NCBI GenBank assembly: GCA_963792415.1
Contig: CAWBVY010000006.1
Coordinates: 224,001-288,000 of the forward strand
Direction: 5' to 3'
Length of the DNA: 64,000 nucleotides
Source of the DNA: Candidatus Deferrimicrobiaceae bacterium
GTDB taxonomy: Bacteria > Desulfobacterota > Deferrimicrobia > Deferrimicrobiales > Deferrimicrobiaceae
The notes beneath the pieces were generated by a model, which saw only the letters and a list, made by a program, of their open reading frames with translations, was not told where the DNA came from and searched no databases. This document shows positions 36,655 to 46,694 of this stretch, in pieces. Numbering within the stretch: the first letter of the stretch is position 1; each line of letters begins with the position of its first letter. Position numbers and translations under genes: made by a program.

Positions 36655-38480
36655 TCCGGTTCGAGCCAGGCCCGTCCCGCCTGATCCAGGCACTCCCTGG
36701 CGTGCATGTACCCGATCTCCACGGCCCGGTCGAACGCGCCCCAGTCGAGGAAACCGATCTTCCGCACCTTTGGGCGGAAGCGGATGTCCGCGTCCGCGAG
36801 CGCCTTCGCGTGCTTCTCGTGGTTCCCGAGAAGCGTCGCCTGGAAGACGATGCTCGGAAGATCGGGGACCCGGAACCGTTTCCCGCGCGTGACATACCGG
36901 TCCTTGAAGAGTTCCCAGTTCGAAGGGAAGACCTGATAGCCCAGTCGATACTGCTTGTCCAGGTCCATGTCGCAGGCGATCACCACGCCGGCGCCGAATT
37001 CCCTGGCGGCGGACACGGGAAGGTTGTCGAGGGTTCCCCCGTCGATGTGCAGGTGGTCGCCGTAGACGACCGGCGGGAAGACCCCCGGCAGCGACGCGCT
37101 CGCGCGCAGAGCCTTCCACAGCGGACCGCGGTCGTGAACCGCCACGGTTCCAGTCGTGAGATTGCTCGAAGCGCAGTAGAACGGGATCCAGAGATCCTCG
37201 ATGTCGCCCCCGCCGAAGTGACCCTTGAGACGGGAGTCCATCCGTTCCCCGCTGAAAAACGACACCAGCGGGAGGAGGCTGAATCCCCCCATCGGATTTC
37301 CGTGCGAGAAAGCCTGGAAGCATTTCCGGCGGTAGGTCTCGAAGTCCCAGTCCGCAGCGATCCCGGCGGCGAGGATGGCCCCCATGCTCGTCCCCCCGAC
37401 CATGTCGATGGGGATCGAGGCCTCCTTGAGCGCTTTCAGGACGCCGATGTGCGCAAACCCCTTGGCGCCGCCCCCCGAAAAGACGATCGCGACCCCCTTG
37501 CCTGCCAGAAGCCTCGCCAGGCGTTCCATGTCCGTCCCACGATCCCAGCGAAGATGGTGGTGCCGGACCGACCCCCTGGGATCGAGCCATCGACTGGTGC
37601 CGGAGGGCCCGTCGCCTTCCTTCGCATGGACCATAACGAGATCGCGGGACGCGCTCGCGAACGGTCCGTCGTCCACCAGGAGGGCTGCCTCGACTCCCCT
37701 GGGGGCGGGATCTTCCTGCGCCGCCGCGACGACGAGCACGCGATCCGCCTGCCTGAGACAGCGCCGGGTCCACGGAGTATCCGTCGCCTCCGCCTCGTAC
37801 AGCAGGAAACGGTGTCTTCCCTCCTGTTCGTCGAGCCATGAAGCCAGGTACCGGTCCGCCTCCGTGCCGGAAGCAGACGGGGGGATTCCGGCAAGCGGCT
37901 CCAACCGCTCCCGGCTGAGGTGGAGGATCGATCCGTGCGTACCGAGAGACGCCGAGAAACGCCGGAGAAACTCCTCCCGGGGTACGCCCTCCCCGGCGAA
38001 GACCACGGCAACGCTCCGGATCCGGGAGTTGCGACCCAGGCCGCGCTCAAACCGGGTCAATCGGCGGACGACCAGCCTGGAAAGGTTCTGGAGGAGTTCG
38101 GGCTGGGACCGGATCAATCTCTCGAACGTCGCCTTCGACAGGCGGATCAGGACGGAGTCCCGGATCGCCGCGATGCCGGCGCTGCGCGGCTCCCCCGTGA
38201 TCAGGGCCATCTCGCCGACGCTCTCGCCGCGGGAGATCTCCCCCAGCACCCGCTCGTCCCCGCCGTCGGCACGACCGACGGCCCGCAGGCGTCCGCCCAT
38301 CACCAGGTACATGGAGTCGCCCGGGTCCCCTTGGGAGAACAGCCGCTCCCCTCCCTTCAGGTGGACCACCTCGAGGTTTTCCTCGATTTCCCGGTACGAC
38401 TCGGGGGATAGCGTCCCGAAGAGCGAGACGAGCGTGCGGTCGAGCACCTCCCTGCGAACCGGATCCCGCCGTTGTCCCAT
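36651..38480 (-). CDS. cNMP-binding patatin-like phospholipase (NTE family)
   Basis: cNMP domain (GEMALITGEPRSA), GGGAKG, GTSMG, DGG. Confidence 0.92.
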   Translation of the reverse strand: MGQRRDPVRREVLDRTLVSLFGTLSPESYREIEENLEVVHLKGGERLFSQGDPGDSMYLVMGGRLRAVGRADGGDERVLGEISRGESVGEMALITGEPRSAGIAAIRDSVLIRLSKATFERLIRSQPELLQNLSRLVVRRLTRFERGLGRNSRIRSVAVVFAGEGVPREEFLRRFSASLGTHGSILHLSRERLEPLAGIPPSASGTEADRYLASWLDEQEGRHRFLLYEAEATDTPWTRRCLRQADRVLVVAAAQEDPAPRGVEAALLVDDGPFASASRDLVMVHAKEGDGPSGTSRWLDPRGSVRHHHLRWDRGTDMERLARLLAGKGVAIVFSGGGAKGFAHIGVLKALKEASIPIDMVGGTSMGAILAAGIAADWDFETYRRKCFQAFSHGNPMGGFSLLPLVSFFSGERMDSRLKGHFGGGDIEDLWIPFYCASSNLTTGTVAVHDRGPLWKALRASASLPGVFPPVVYGDHLHIDGGTLDNLPVSAAREFGAGVVIACDMDLDKQYRLGYQVFPSNWELFKDRYVTRGKRFRVPDLPSIVFQATLLGNHEKHAKALADADIRFRPKVRKIGFLDWGAFDRAVEIGYMHARECLDQAGRAWLEPD

Positions 38481-38572
38481 TTCTTCCCGCCTGTTTCCGT
38501 CGTTTCCGTACCTACTCTCGATGCGCCGGGCGGGAGAACGGATTCCCCACGGATGGCGTTTTCAGGACAACA

Positions 38573-38992
38573 TCACTCTCCGATGATCTTGACCAGCACC
38601 CGCTTGCGCCTCCCGCCGTCGAACTCGCCGTAGAAGATCTTCTCCCACGGGCCGAAGTCGAGATCGCCCCCTGTCACCGCGACCACCACCTCGCGCCCCA
38701 TCACCTGGCGCTTGAGGTGCGCATCCCCATTGTCCTCTCCCGTCCGGTTGTGGAGGTACTGCGATATCGGCTCGTGAGGCGCGATCCGCTCCAGCCAGCG
38801 TTCATAGTCATTGTGGAGACCGGTTTCGTCGTCGTTGATGAAGACGGACGCCGTGATATGCATCGCGTTGCACAGCAGAAGTCCATCTTGGATTCCGCTC
38901 TCTCGAAGGCATGCCTCGACTTGCGGCGTGATGTTGACGAATGCCCGTCTTCCGGGAACGTTGAACCAAAGCTCCTTCCGGTAGCTCTTCAT
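38573..38992 (-). CDS. yjbQ: YjbQ/UPF0047 secondary thiamine-phosphate synthase family
   Basis: [31 protein letters not shown]. Confidence 0.92.
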   Translation of the reverse strand: MKSYRKELWFNVPGRRAFVNITPQVEACLRESGIQDGLLLCNAMHITASVFINDDETGLHNDYERWLERIAPHEPISQYLHNRTGEDNGDAHLKRQVMGREVVVAVTGGDLDFGPWEKIFYGEFDGGRRKRVLVKIIGE

Positions 38993-39178
38993 TCGCCTAC
39001 CTCCCTCGTTTCCTTCAGGTTGCGATTCCACTCGACCGGAACCCGTCCCTGTCCGACATGCCGGTTCCTATTTCGACGGCGTTCGCATCCGATTCCACCC
39101 AACCCTTTGCCGTCCTATATTTCATCGTACAGCGCATTATGGTAAAAAAAACATATGCACTCTCCCGACGCATGCAAC

Positions 39179-40402
39179 ATGACGCGAACCGATGTGCGCC
39201 TTTTCCTTGCGATCGTCGCCGCCATGCTCGGACTGGCGGCGATGTCAACGGGCGCGGCCGCCGCGGACCGCTACGACGTATCCTATATCTGGTCGCAGGG
39301 TCTCTCCGGGGTCGAGGATTACCGCGACCGGGTGGCCGGAGTGCTGGGGCCGGGAGTGACCAAGAACCTAAAGATCGTTGCCAAGGACGACCTGTTCGGA
39401 CTGGTCTACGCGCGCCATGGTGACCGGACCGGGGCGGAACGGGTAGCGAACGTCCATACCCGACTGTTGCAATCGAGGGGACTGGAAGCTGCCAGCCCCG
39501 TGCGCTCGCAGGATTGGACGGTACTCGACAACAGTGACGCCCGCCTGGAGTCTTTCGCTTCGGTCATCGTTCCGCAGGGTTCCCGCAACGGGATGAAGGA
39601 TACCGAACGCAGTCGCGAGGACCTCGACCTCGAGGCTGCCGTCGAAGACTACATCGGTCGCTTGCGCCGGGAAGGCAAGATCAAGGACGACGAACGCACG
39701 GCCTGGTCGGTGTTCGATTTCACCTCCGGCGAAAAGTTGGTCAGCATCAATGAGGACGAGCAGTTCGAAGCGGCCAGCATGGTGAAGCTCTTCATTGCCG
39801 CCGCATTCTTTTGCAAGGTCGAGAAAGGCGAGTTGATTTACGGTAGCAAAAGTCGCCGACACATGGAGCTGGCGATCCAGCATTCGAACAACGCCTCCAG
39901 CAATTGGATGCTCCGAAAGATCGGCGGGCCGAAGGCGGCGGAACGCATATTGAAACGGGATTACCCCGGCATCTTCCAGGATACGCGCATCGTCGAGTAC
40001 ATCCCCCGCGGCGGGCGAACATATCGCAACGAGGCATCCCCCCACGACTACAGCCGTTTCCTGTATGCGATCTGGAAGGAGGACATCTTCGGGGCCCGCG
40101 AGATCAAACGCATAATGGCGCTGCCGGGCCCCGACAGGATCCACACTGGAGTAGCGAGCATCCCGAAAAGCGCCCGGGTTTACAACAAGACCGGCAGCAC
40201 CGCCCGCGTCTGCGGAGATGTGGGAATCCTCATTGCCAAGGGGCCGGACGGCAAGCGATACCCATATACCATGATCGGCATCATAGAGAAAGAACAGCGC
40301 GCCCGCGACTACACGACCTGGATCCGCTCCCGCGGCGCGGTGATCCGCAACGTGTCAGGAATCATTTACAAAGGCATTGTGAAGCGCCACGATATTTACT
40401 GA
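39179..40402 (+). CDS. secreted serine hydrolase, class A beta-lactamase-like, with N-terminal extension
   Basis: Signal peptide; SxxK (ASMVK), SNN, KTG. Confidence 0.82.
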   Translation: MTRTDVRLFLAIVAAMLGLAAMSTGAAAADRYDVSYIWSQGLSGVEDYRDRVAGVLGPGVTKNLKIVAKDDLFGLVYARHGDRTGAERVANVHTRLLQSRGLEAASPVRSQDWTVLDNSDARLESFASVIVPQGSRNGMKDTERSREDLDLEAAVEDYIGRLRREGKIKDDERTAWSVFDFTSGEKLVSINEDEQFEAASMVKLFIAAAFFCKVEKGELIYGSKSRRHMELAIQHSNNASSNWMLRKIGGPKAAERILKRDYPGIFQDTRIVEYIPRGGRTYRNEASPHDYSRFLYAIWKEDIFGAREIKRIMALPGPDRIHTGVASIPKSARVYNKTGSTARVCGDVGILIAKGPDGKRYPYTMIGIIEKEQRARDYTTWIRSRGAVIRNVSGIIYKGIVKRHDIY

Positions 40403-40640
40403 GGTTTCGACAGTAGCGGCCGCCGGTCGATGGCGAAGCTGTCGATACTGGCTATCGGGGATGCCGCTTGTCGGGACCAGGTCGGTCATATCGTCTCCTG
40501 AAAAATGGTTGGACTTCTCGCAGGAAAGTGCCCAGGCAAACCCGAACATTTTACGGTCCATGGGGAAAAAACTTCAGGAAAAGGGAAAATTTCTACCCAG
40601 TAAGTACTCTTAATAATAAATGCTTATGCAGAGTTTACGC

Positions 40641-40668
40641 TTGACATGGGATCAGGGTTGCATATTCT
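40641..40668 (+). promoter_or_regulatory. promoter of the small ORF (sigma70 TTGACA-N16-TATTCT with overlapping sigma54-like TGG-N10-GC)
   Basis: TTGACATGGGATCAGGGTTGCATATTCT in an AT-rich intergenic region. Confidence 0.5.
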
Positions 40669-40695
40669 TACTGTAAATATAAAACAGGTGAGAAT

Positions 40696-40917
40696 ATGAA
40701 GACCTATACCGTCTATCGTGTTGACTACCTCACCAATAAGACAGAGCCCATCGGAACAGTAGTGGATCGTCGAAGGAGAGACAGGAATAATAACGCCGCA
40801 GATATGTTGCGATTGGCCCAGAAATTATTCGTAATGTCCTCGATCGATTCTCACATTTACATCAGCCCCTCCGATACCGATCATTTTGGCGCGTATAGGG
40901 CATCCTCGAACCGGTGA
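40696..40917 (+). CDS. small hypothetical protein (VYRV..IG..V[DE]RR..[DE]R.NN family)
   Basis: AGGTGA RBS; similar to ORFs at 55980-56174 and 56176-56394. Confidence 0.75.
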   Translation: MKTYTVYRVDYLTNKTEPIGTVVDRRRRDRNNNAADMLRLAQKLFVMSSIDSHIYISPSDTDHFGAYRASSNR

Positions 40918-41161
40918 GGGGGATTGCTACACGCTGCCTGATCTCTGATTGTCGTATGTCCCAGGTGGGAAGGAGTATTTTCAATCCTTACTGAAGGACT
41001 GCTCCGCCCCACTCTCTTCTGTCTGAAAGAACGAAAATCCCGTCATCAATGTCATTACGCTGAAATGGAGCAGACATCGCCGGATATCCTCTTTAGCTTA
41101 GGCAAAATCCGGGTCGAAAGCCTGCGCGAGGGTGACCGTCGCCCGGCAGCGAAGCCGGTGG

Positions 41162-41815
41162 TCAGACCGCGAACCGCTGCACCGCGATGAAATGGCACGC
41201 GGTGCCCGCCATAACGAAAAGGTGCCAGACGAAGTGGCAGTAACGGACCCGCTTGGCCGCATAGAACCCCACGCCCACCGTATATGCGATGCCGCCCGCC
41301 AATAGCCAGGACAGACCCTCCGACGGCATGCGGAGCCACAACGGCTTTACCGCGACAACGATGAGCCAGCCCATGGCGAGATACAGGGACGTCGAGAGTT
41401 TCGGATACCGTACCCCTCCGACCGCCGTAAGCACGATGCCGACAAGAGCCAGACCCCACACGAGCCCGAACAGCGTCCAGCCCCACGCGCCGCGGAGCAC
41501 ACCGAGGGTGAACGGCGTATACGTGCCGGCGATCATGAGGAAGATCGCCGCGTGGTCGAGAATCTGAAATACCCGCTTGGCACGATTCCTCGGCAACGCG
41601 TGGTAGAGCGTGGATGTGAGGTACAGAAGGACCATGGCCGCCGCGAAGACGCTCGCGCCTGCGATTCGCGCGGCGTCCCCATGCCGGACGGCGGAATGAA
41701 GAAGGACAGGGGTGGCCGCTACCGCCGCCAGCAAGCCGACACCATGGCTGACGCTGTTGGCGATTTCCTCCCCGGGCGACGGCGTATGTTCAGGTGATGC
41801 GGGTGCTTTGGTCAT
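41162..41815 (-). CDS. hemolysin III / PAQR family membrane protein
   Basis: EEIANSVSHG, STLYH, LDHAAIFLMIAGTYTP, HFVWHLFV. Confidence 0.93.
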   Translation of the reverse strand: MTKAPASPEHTPSPGEEIANSVSHGVGLLAAVAATPVLLHSAVRHGDAARIAGASVFAAAMVLLYLTSTLYHALPRNRAKRVFQILDHAAIFLMIAGTYTPFTLGVLRGAWGWTLFGLVWGLALVGIVLTAVGGVRYPKLSTSLYLAMGWLIVVAVKPLWLRMPSEGLSWLLAGGIAYTVGVGFYAAKRVRYCHFVWHLFVMAGTACHFIAVQRFAV

Positions 41816-41888
41816 TACTTCCCATCATAATGGAGATGGACCCGGATGGGATCGGGAACCGAACATTCTCCGGAGTGGAGGTGGAACG

Positions 41889-42563
41889 ATGTGCGGTCGG
41901 TTCACCCTGTTCGAAGCGGACAAGGTCCTGTCCAAGGAGTTCGGCGTCTCCGTCATCCCCCCGATCTCCCCGCGCTACAATATCGCCCCGTCGCAAGCCG
42001 TGGCGACATTGCGCGCAGCGCCGGCGGGCACCGGTCGCGAACTCGCCCTCCTGCGTTGGGGTCTCATCCCCTCATGGTCGAAAGACCCTTCGATCGGCAA
42101 CCGCCTGATCAACGCCCGCGCGGAAACCGCCCGGGAAAAACCGTCCTTCCGCAACGCGTTCCGCCGGCACCGTTGCCTGATCCCATCGAGCGGTTTCTAC
42201 GAGTGGCTGCGGCGGGAGCGCGGGAAACAGCCGTACTTTGTCCGGATGCGTGACGAGCACCCGTTCGCCTTCGCCGGATTGTGGGACCGGTGGGAAAGCC
42301 CGGACAAGGGTGTCATCGAAACGTGCACGATCCTGACGACAGCCGCGAACGCCGTCCTGGCCCCAATCCACGACCGGATGCCGGTGATCCTTCCCCCGAC
42401 GGAGTACGCGCGGTGGCTCGATCCGGCACTCCGGAACACGGATTCCCTGGGCCACCTTCTCGTTCCGTTCCCGCCGGAAGACATGGTGGCGTTTCCCGTG
42501 AGTACCCGGGTGAATGCCCCCTCCGTCGACGACGAGAAGTGCATCGCCCCTCTCGGGTCGTGA
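41889..42563 (+). CDS. SOS response-associated peptidase (SRAP/HMCES family)
   Basis: MCGRF N-terminus, YNIAPSQ, INARAET, GFYEW, IHDRMPVIL. Confidence 0.95.
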   Translation: MCGRFTLFEADKVLSKEFGVSVIPPISPRYNIAPSQAVATLRAAPAGTGRELALLRWGLIPSWSKDPSIGNRLINARAETAREKPSFRNAFRRHRCLIPSSGFYEWLRRERGKQPYFVRMRDEHPFAFAGLWDRWESPDKGVIETCTILTTAANAVLAPIHDRMPVILPPTEYARWLDPALRNTDSLGHLLVPFPPEDMVAFPVSTRVNAPSVDDEKCIAPLGS

Positions 42564-42707
42564 CCCGACCTTCAGGAGGCATCCGTCCAACGTGCCCCTC
42601 GGGTTTTCATTCCGGCACGATTCCGGCAACCTCTCCGATCAAGGCCAGGGTCACCCGCGGAACGGACGCGGTTCCCTCCGATACGAAACAGGAATCCATA
42701 GGCGGAC

Positions 42708-43307
42708 ATGAAAATTCCTTTCCTTGCAAAGCCAATACATTACAGATGGTTGGCCGTTTTGACGGTTTTCTCGCTCCTCATCCTGCCCGCGTGCCTCGGC
42801 GGAGCGGACGGGGACGGAAATGTAACCAGCGAGGACGGTTCCGTAATCCCTCCCCCAATCGGGAACGATCCCGACCCGGGTGTCGCCGACATCCTGGACG
42901 CGTTTCTCGCCGCCGTCAACGAGGCCCGGTCCGTCGGCCAGGCATGCGGGGGCACTCCCCACGGCCCGGCTCCGCCGGTCTCATGGTCGGAAAACCTCGC
43001 GATGGCCGCCTACCTTCACTCCGAGGACATGGTGCTGAACAACTTCTTCGGCCACACGGGGTCCGACGGAAGCTCGGTGGGCCAGCGGATTTCGCGGCAA
43101 GGGTATCCGTGGAGAACGTACGGGGAGAATATCGCCGTCGGGTATCCGACGGTCTCGTCCGTCCTCCAGGGATGGCTCGGAAGCGAGGGGCACTGCGAGA
43201 ACTTGATGAACCCGGCGTTCACGGAGATCGGCGCGGGGTATGCCATCGGCCCGTTCGGAGGGAACCCGGCCGGCCGCTACTGGACCTTCGACCTGGCCGA
43301 CAGGTAA
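42708..43307 (+). CDS. CAP/SCP-domain lipoprotein
   Basis: Lipobox-like LPAC, HSEDM, GENIA, WLGSEGHCENLM. Confidence 0.88.
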   Translation: MKIPFLAKPIHYRWLAVLTVFSLLILPACLGGADGDGNVTSEDGSVIPPPIGNDPDPGVADILDAFLAAVNEARSVGQACGGTPHGPAPPVSWSENLAMAAYLHSEDMVLNNFFGHTGSDGSSVGQRISRQGYPWRTYGENIAVGYPTVSSVLQGWLGSEGHCENLMNPAFTEIGAGYAIGPFGGNPAGRYWTFDLADR

Positions 43308-43349
43308 GATTCCCTTGGGGGCATCAGGGCGTTCCCGTCCACGCCTTCC

Positions 43350-44009
43350 TCACAACGAAAAGGTGACCCCCGCCATCAGCAGGATCTGACCGAGCACGTC
43401 CCCCTGGACATTCACGACACAGGCGGCGCCGCCGGACGACACGCAGAAGATCTCCGTCGTGTCCGGCAGGATCGTCAGGAACCCCCTCCCCTCGAAGCGA
43501 AGGCCGACGTGATCGGTGATCGGTACCTTGACCCCCCCGCCCAGGGAGAGGGAGAAGTACGTTTTCGAGTTCAGCCCGCTCCCGTGCGGCACGAAATGCG
43601 TCGCGCCGAGCCCCCCGGAAAGGAAGGGACGGACCTTATCCCCGCGAAACATGTAGGTCCCCCCAAGATGGAGGTAATGGATGTCCAGGTCGAAGAGGGT
43701 TTCCCCGCCGAACGTCCCCCCGCCGGTGACCTTCGTCTGCTGGAACCCGTAGAAAAGTTCGTACCGGGTTTCCGGGGTGTCCGGCAAGCCGAGGACGAGC
43801 CCGAGGCTCCCCCCCTCCCCGACGTCCAAGGTGGCGCCGGTACTGTTGTCCGTAAAATTGCCGCCGATGGTGTAGCCGGCATACGGCGTGATCTCCAGCC
43901 CCCACTCCGCTCCCGACTCCCCGGGGAACAGGACCGATGACAGGAGGAGCGCCGCCGCAAACAGAAAAGCGCGGAACGGGAGGATGGCGGGTGCGGGAAC
44001 CGGCTTCAT
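43350..44009 (-). CDS. outer-membrane beta-barrel protein
   Basis: Signal peptide, amphipathic strands, PFLSGGLG, C-terminal GVTFSL. Confidence 0.8.
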   Translation of the reverse strand: MKPVPAPAILPFRAFLFAAALLLSSVLFPGESGAEWGLEITPYAGYTIGGNFTDNSTGATLDVGEGGSLGLVLGLPDTPETRYELFYGFQQTKVTGGGTFGGETLFDLDIHYLHLGGTYMFRGDKVRPFLSGGLGATHFVPHGSGLNSKTYFSLSLGGGVKVPITDHVGLRFEGRGFLTILPDTTEIFCVSSGGAACVVNVQGDVLGQILLMAGVTFSL

Positions 44010-44234
44010 GGTCTCCTCCGGGCATCTCCCTCCTCGCGCGGATGGCCGCATGGAGAGCATGGTCAGGAAAACGCGGGAGTGCCGTCCCATTTAACTGCAG
44101 GGGGGGATTCCCGTCAACGCCGACCGGGGGGAATGCCGCGAGCGGATGGCAGGCATCATTTGGAATCTTCACGAAAATGCTCCTATCATGAGTGCTGGTA
44201 ATCGTCGCGCGGTTTCCGGGAGGAGGATCGACCG

Positions 44235-45650
44235 ATGGCCCTGCCGACCCCGAAGAATGCGTGCCGGGAAATCCCCGGGCTTCCCGGGTTGCTGTGGGAC
44301 CTCCTGCGCGTCGGGCGGGGTCGTCCGGAGGATACGGTCTCCCGGACGCAGGACCGCCTTCGCCGTTTGATCGAATACGCAAGGAGCCGGTCCCCCTACT
44401 ACGGGGAACGATACGCCGGGCTTCCCCCGGGCGCGTGTGACCTGCCGGCACTCCCACCGGTGACCAAGTCCGACCTGATGGCGAATTTCGACGGGTGGGC
44501 GACCGACCCGGCGGTCACGCGGGAAGCGGCCGAGGCGTTCGTCGGCGACCCAAGCCGGATCGGGCATCTTTTCCTGGACCGGTACGTCGCCTTCTCCACT
44601 TCCGGCACGACCGGGACCCCCGCCATACTCCTGCACGACCGCGGGGCGATGTCCGTCTACCAGGGCCTGCTGCTGGCGCGTCGTCTCCCGACGCTGGTCG
44701 CCGCCGGGGCCCTCGGCCCCTTCTTGAGGAACCGGGGACGGACGGCAACGATCATCGCAACCGGGGGGCACTTCGCCAGTTCGGTCGTGGAAGCCCTCGT
44801 CCGATCCCGCCACCCGACGCTGGCCGGCCGCAACCGGACGTTCTCCCTGATGACTCCCCTCCCGGCGCTCGTACGCGCGTTGAACGAATTCCGTCCGGCG
44901 GTCGTTGGAAGCTACCCCAGCGCGCTGGCCGTCCTCGCCGGGGAGCAGGCAGCCGGGCGGCTGCGGATCGCCCCCGCCCTCCTGCTCTCGGGGGCCGAAC
45001 GCCTCTCCACGCCTCTGGGGGAGAGAATTTCCGAATCGTTCCGATGTCCCGTTCGGGACACGTACGCCGCCTCGGAATTCATGGGGATCGCCTTCGACTG
45101 CCGGTACGGACGCCTGCATGTGAACGCCGACTGGGTGATCCTGGAACCGGTGGATGCCGCCGGCGAGCCGGTTGCGCCGGGCGATGCCTCCCACACGACG
45201 CTGCTGACGAACCTGGCCAACCGCATCCAGCCGCTCCTCCGTTACGACCTCGGCGACAGCGTCACCGTCTTCCCCGCGCCATGTCCCTGCGGCAGCCCGC
45301 TCCCCGCCATCCGGCCCGAAGGCCGGCGCGACGAGACTTTGTGGGTCGAGCTCGCGGAAGGCGTGACCCGGCCGCTGATCCCGCTTGTGCTCGCCACGGC
45401 CGTGGAGGAGGCAGCGGGCGTACTGAGGTACCAGGTACTCCAGTCGGGTCCGCGGCGCCTGCGGCTCCGCCTCGAGGAGGCCCCGGGGCACGATCGAGCG
45501 CGGGTCTGCGACGACGTCCTCCGTCGCCTCCGGGCGTACCTGTCTTCCCAGGGCCTCGCGTCGGTGGAGGTGGATCTGTCGGGGGAGCGGCCGCTCAGTG
45601 ACGCGAAGGGTGGAAAGATGCGCCAGTTCTTCGTCGAACCGGGCGGCTGA
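44235..45650 (+). CDS. phenylacetate-CoA ligase / coenzyme F390 synthetase-like adenylate-forming enzyme
   Basis: TSGTTGTP, YAASEF, PLLRYDLGD, EGRRD. Confidence 0.88.
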   Translation: MALPTPKNACREIPGLPGLLWDLLRVGRGRPEDTVSRTQDRLRRLIEYARSRSPYYGERYAGLPPGACDLPALPPVTKSDLMANFDGWATDPAVTREAAEAFVGDPSRIGHLFLDRYVAFSTSGTTGTPAILLHDRGAMSVYQGLLLARRLPTLVAAGALGPFLRNRGRTATIIATGGHFASSVVEALVRSRHPTLAGRNRTFSLMTPLPALVRALNEFRPAVVGSYPSALAVLAGEQAAGRLRIAPALLLSGAERLSTPLGERISESFRCPVRDTYAASEFMGIAFDCRYGRLHVNADWVILEPVDAAGEPVAPGDASHTTLLTNLANRIQPLLRYDLGDSVTVFPAPCPCGSPLPAIRPEGRRDETLWVELAEGVTRPLIPLVLATAVEEAAGVLRYQVLQSGPRRLRLRLEEAPGHDRARVCDDVLRRLRAYLSSQGLASVEVDLSGERPLSDAKGGKMRQFFVEPGG

Positions 45651-45760
45651 CGGTCGCTGCCGATCCGCCCCGCGTTTTCGCCCAACCGTATGAGGGGAGA
45701 CAACCTGCAGGGGCTGACCTCCGGCGTGGGAGTCCGGCCGTCGTTAGACTGCGGACGAAC

Positions 45761-46606
45761 CTACCAGAGGTTCGAGACGGCGGAAACCGACGTGCGGTCC
45801 AGGAGAACGATGGCCTCCCTGGAGCAGGCGGCCCGGCAGATGCCGCAGCCGTAGCAGTGCCGTGCATCCACGACGGACTTCTTCTCCGCGCCGCTGTAAG
45901 AGATCGCCCCGAATTGGCACACTTTCATGCATTGCCGGCAGCCGTTGCAATTCTCCGGCGCGACCTTCGCCACGTACTCGGCCCGGAACATCACGGGGAA
46001 CTCGTGCGTCACGGTGGCCTTCATCGCTATGCAGTCCGAGCGATCACAGTTGCAGATGCCGCCGATGAAGGGGGTGTGGAAGGTCCATATCGTGTGGCAC
46101 AGCCCCTCGCGCTCATGTTCGCGCAGCGCCTCGAGAGCCTCTTCCTTCGACAAGGTCTCGAACCCGGACGTGTCGGGCCCCTTGAGGTAACTCCGTTCGA
46201 CGTTCCCGAGAACCCTGGAGAACTCCCCTCCCCCCGGGGAGATGCTCAGGCCGTAGCAGTACCGTCTTTCCTTGCCCAACGTAACCTTCCGGCAAATGCA
46301 GGGAAGGCGGACGACGGTGTTCACGAAACCGAGGATGCGCTCCAGATCCTCGATGGGCACCACCTGGCCGTAGTGAATCCGTTTCTGGCGATTCGAAAGG
46401 GCCCAGGTGATGGCCTCCCGTATCAGGGCGGGCGCCCGATCCAACTTCTCGAGCTTCTCCAGGTCCGCCCGCAGCCGCTCGGGCTCGAAAAGGAACCTCT
46501 CGATGTACTTTCTCCGCCGGACATCGCTCAACAGATCCTCGGAGTAATTCCCGGCCCGGAGATACCACTTTTTCCCTTCGCCGTGCTTGTGGCAGAATTC
46601 ACACAT
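45761..46606 (-). CDS. 4Fe-4S dicluster-domain protein
   Basis: MCEFCHKHG, PCICR, ICNC..DC, C-terminal CNGCRQC..C and CYGCGIC..C. Confidence 0.85.
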   Translation of the reverse strand: MCEFCHKHGEGKKWYLRAGNYSEDLLSDVRRRKYIERFLFEPERLRADLEKLEKLDRAPALIREAITWALSNRQKRIHYGQVVPIEDLERILGFVNTVVRLPCICRKVTLGKERRYCYGLSISPGGGEFSRVLGNVERSYLKGPDTSGFETLSKEEALEALREHEREGLCHTIWTFHTPFIGGICNCDRSDCIAMKATVTHEFPVMFRAEYVAKVAPENCNGCRQCMKVCQFGAISYSGAEKKSVVDARHCYGCGICRAACSREAIVLLDRTSVSAVSNLW

Positions 46607-46694
46607 CGGCTTCTCCCCCCGGAGAATATCGCACAGACGATCCCGTTTCGATACCGTGGGAACATCACGGCCCACAAACCCAACCGCAATTTCC

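Noticed and set aside
41095-41140. GGCAAA...GAAA resembling a c-di-GMP-I riboswitch
   Set aside because: It lacks the GACGCAAA receptor and second stem, and it faces the 3' end of a convergent gene
45679-45750. GCCCAAC...GTTAGAC ends resembling an integron attC site
   Set aside because: The inner L boxes are not complementary, and there is no integrase or further attC array
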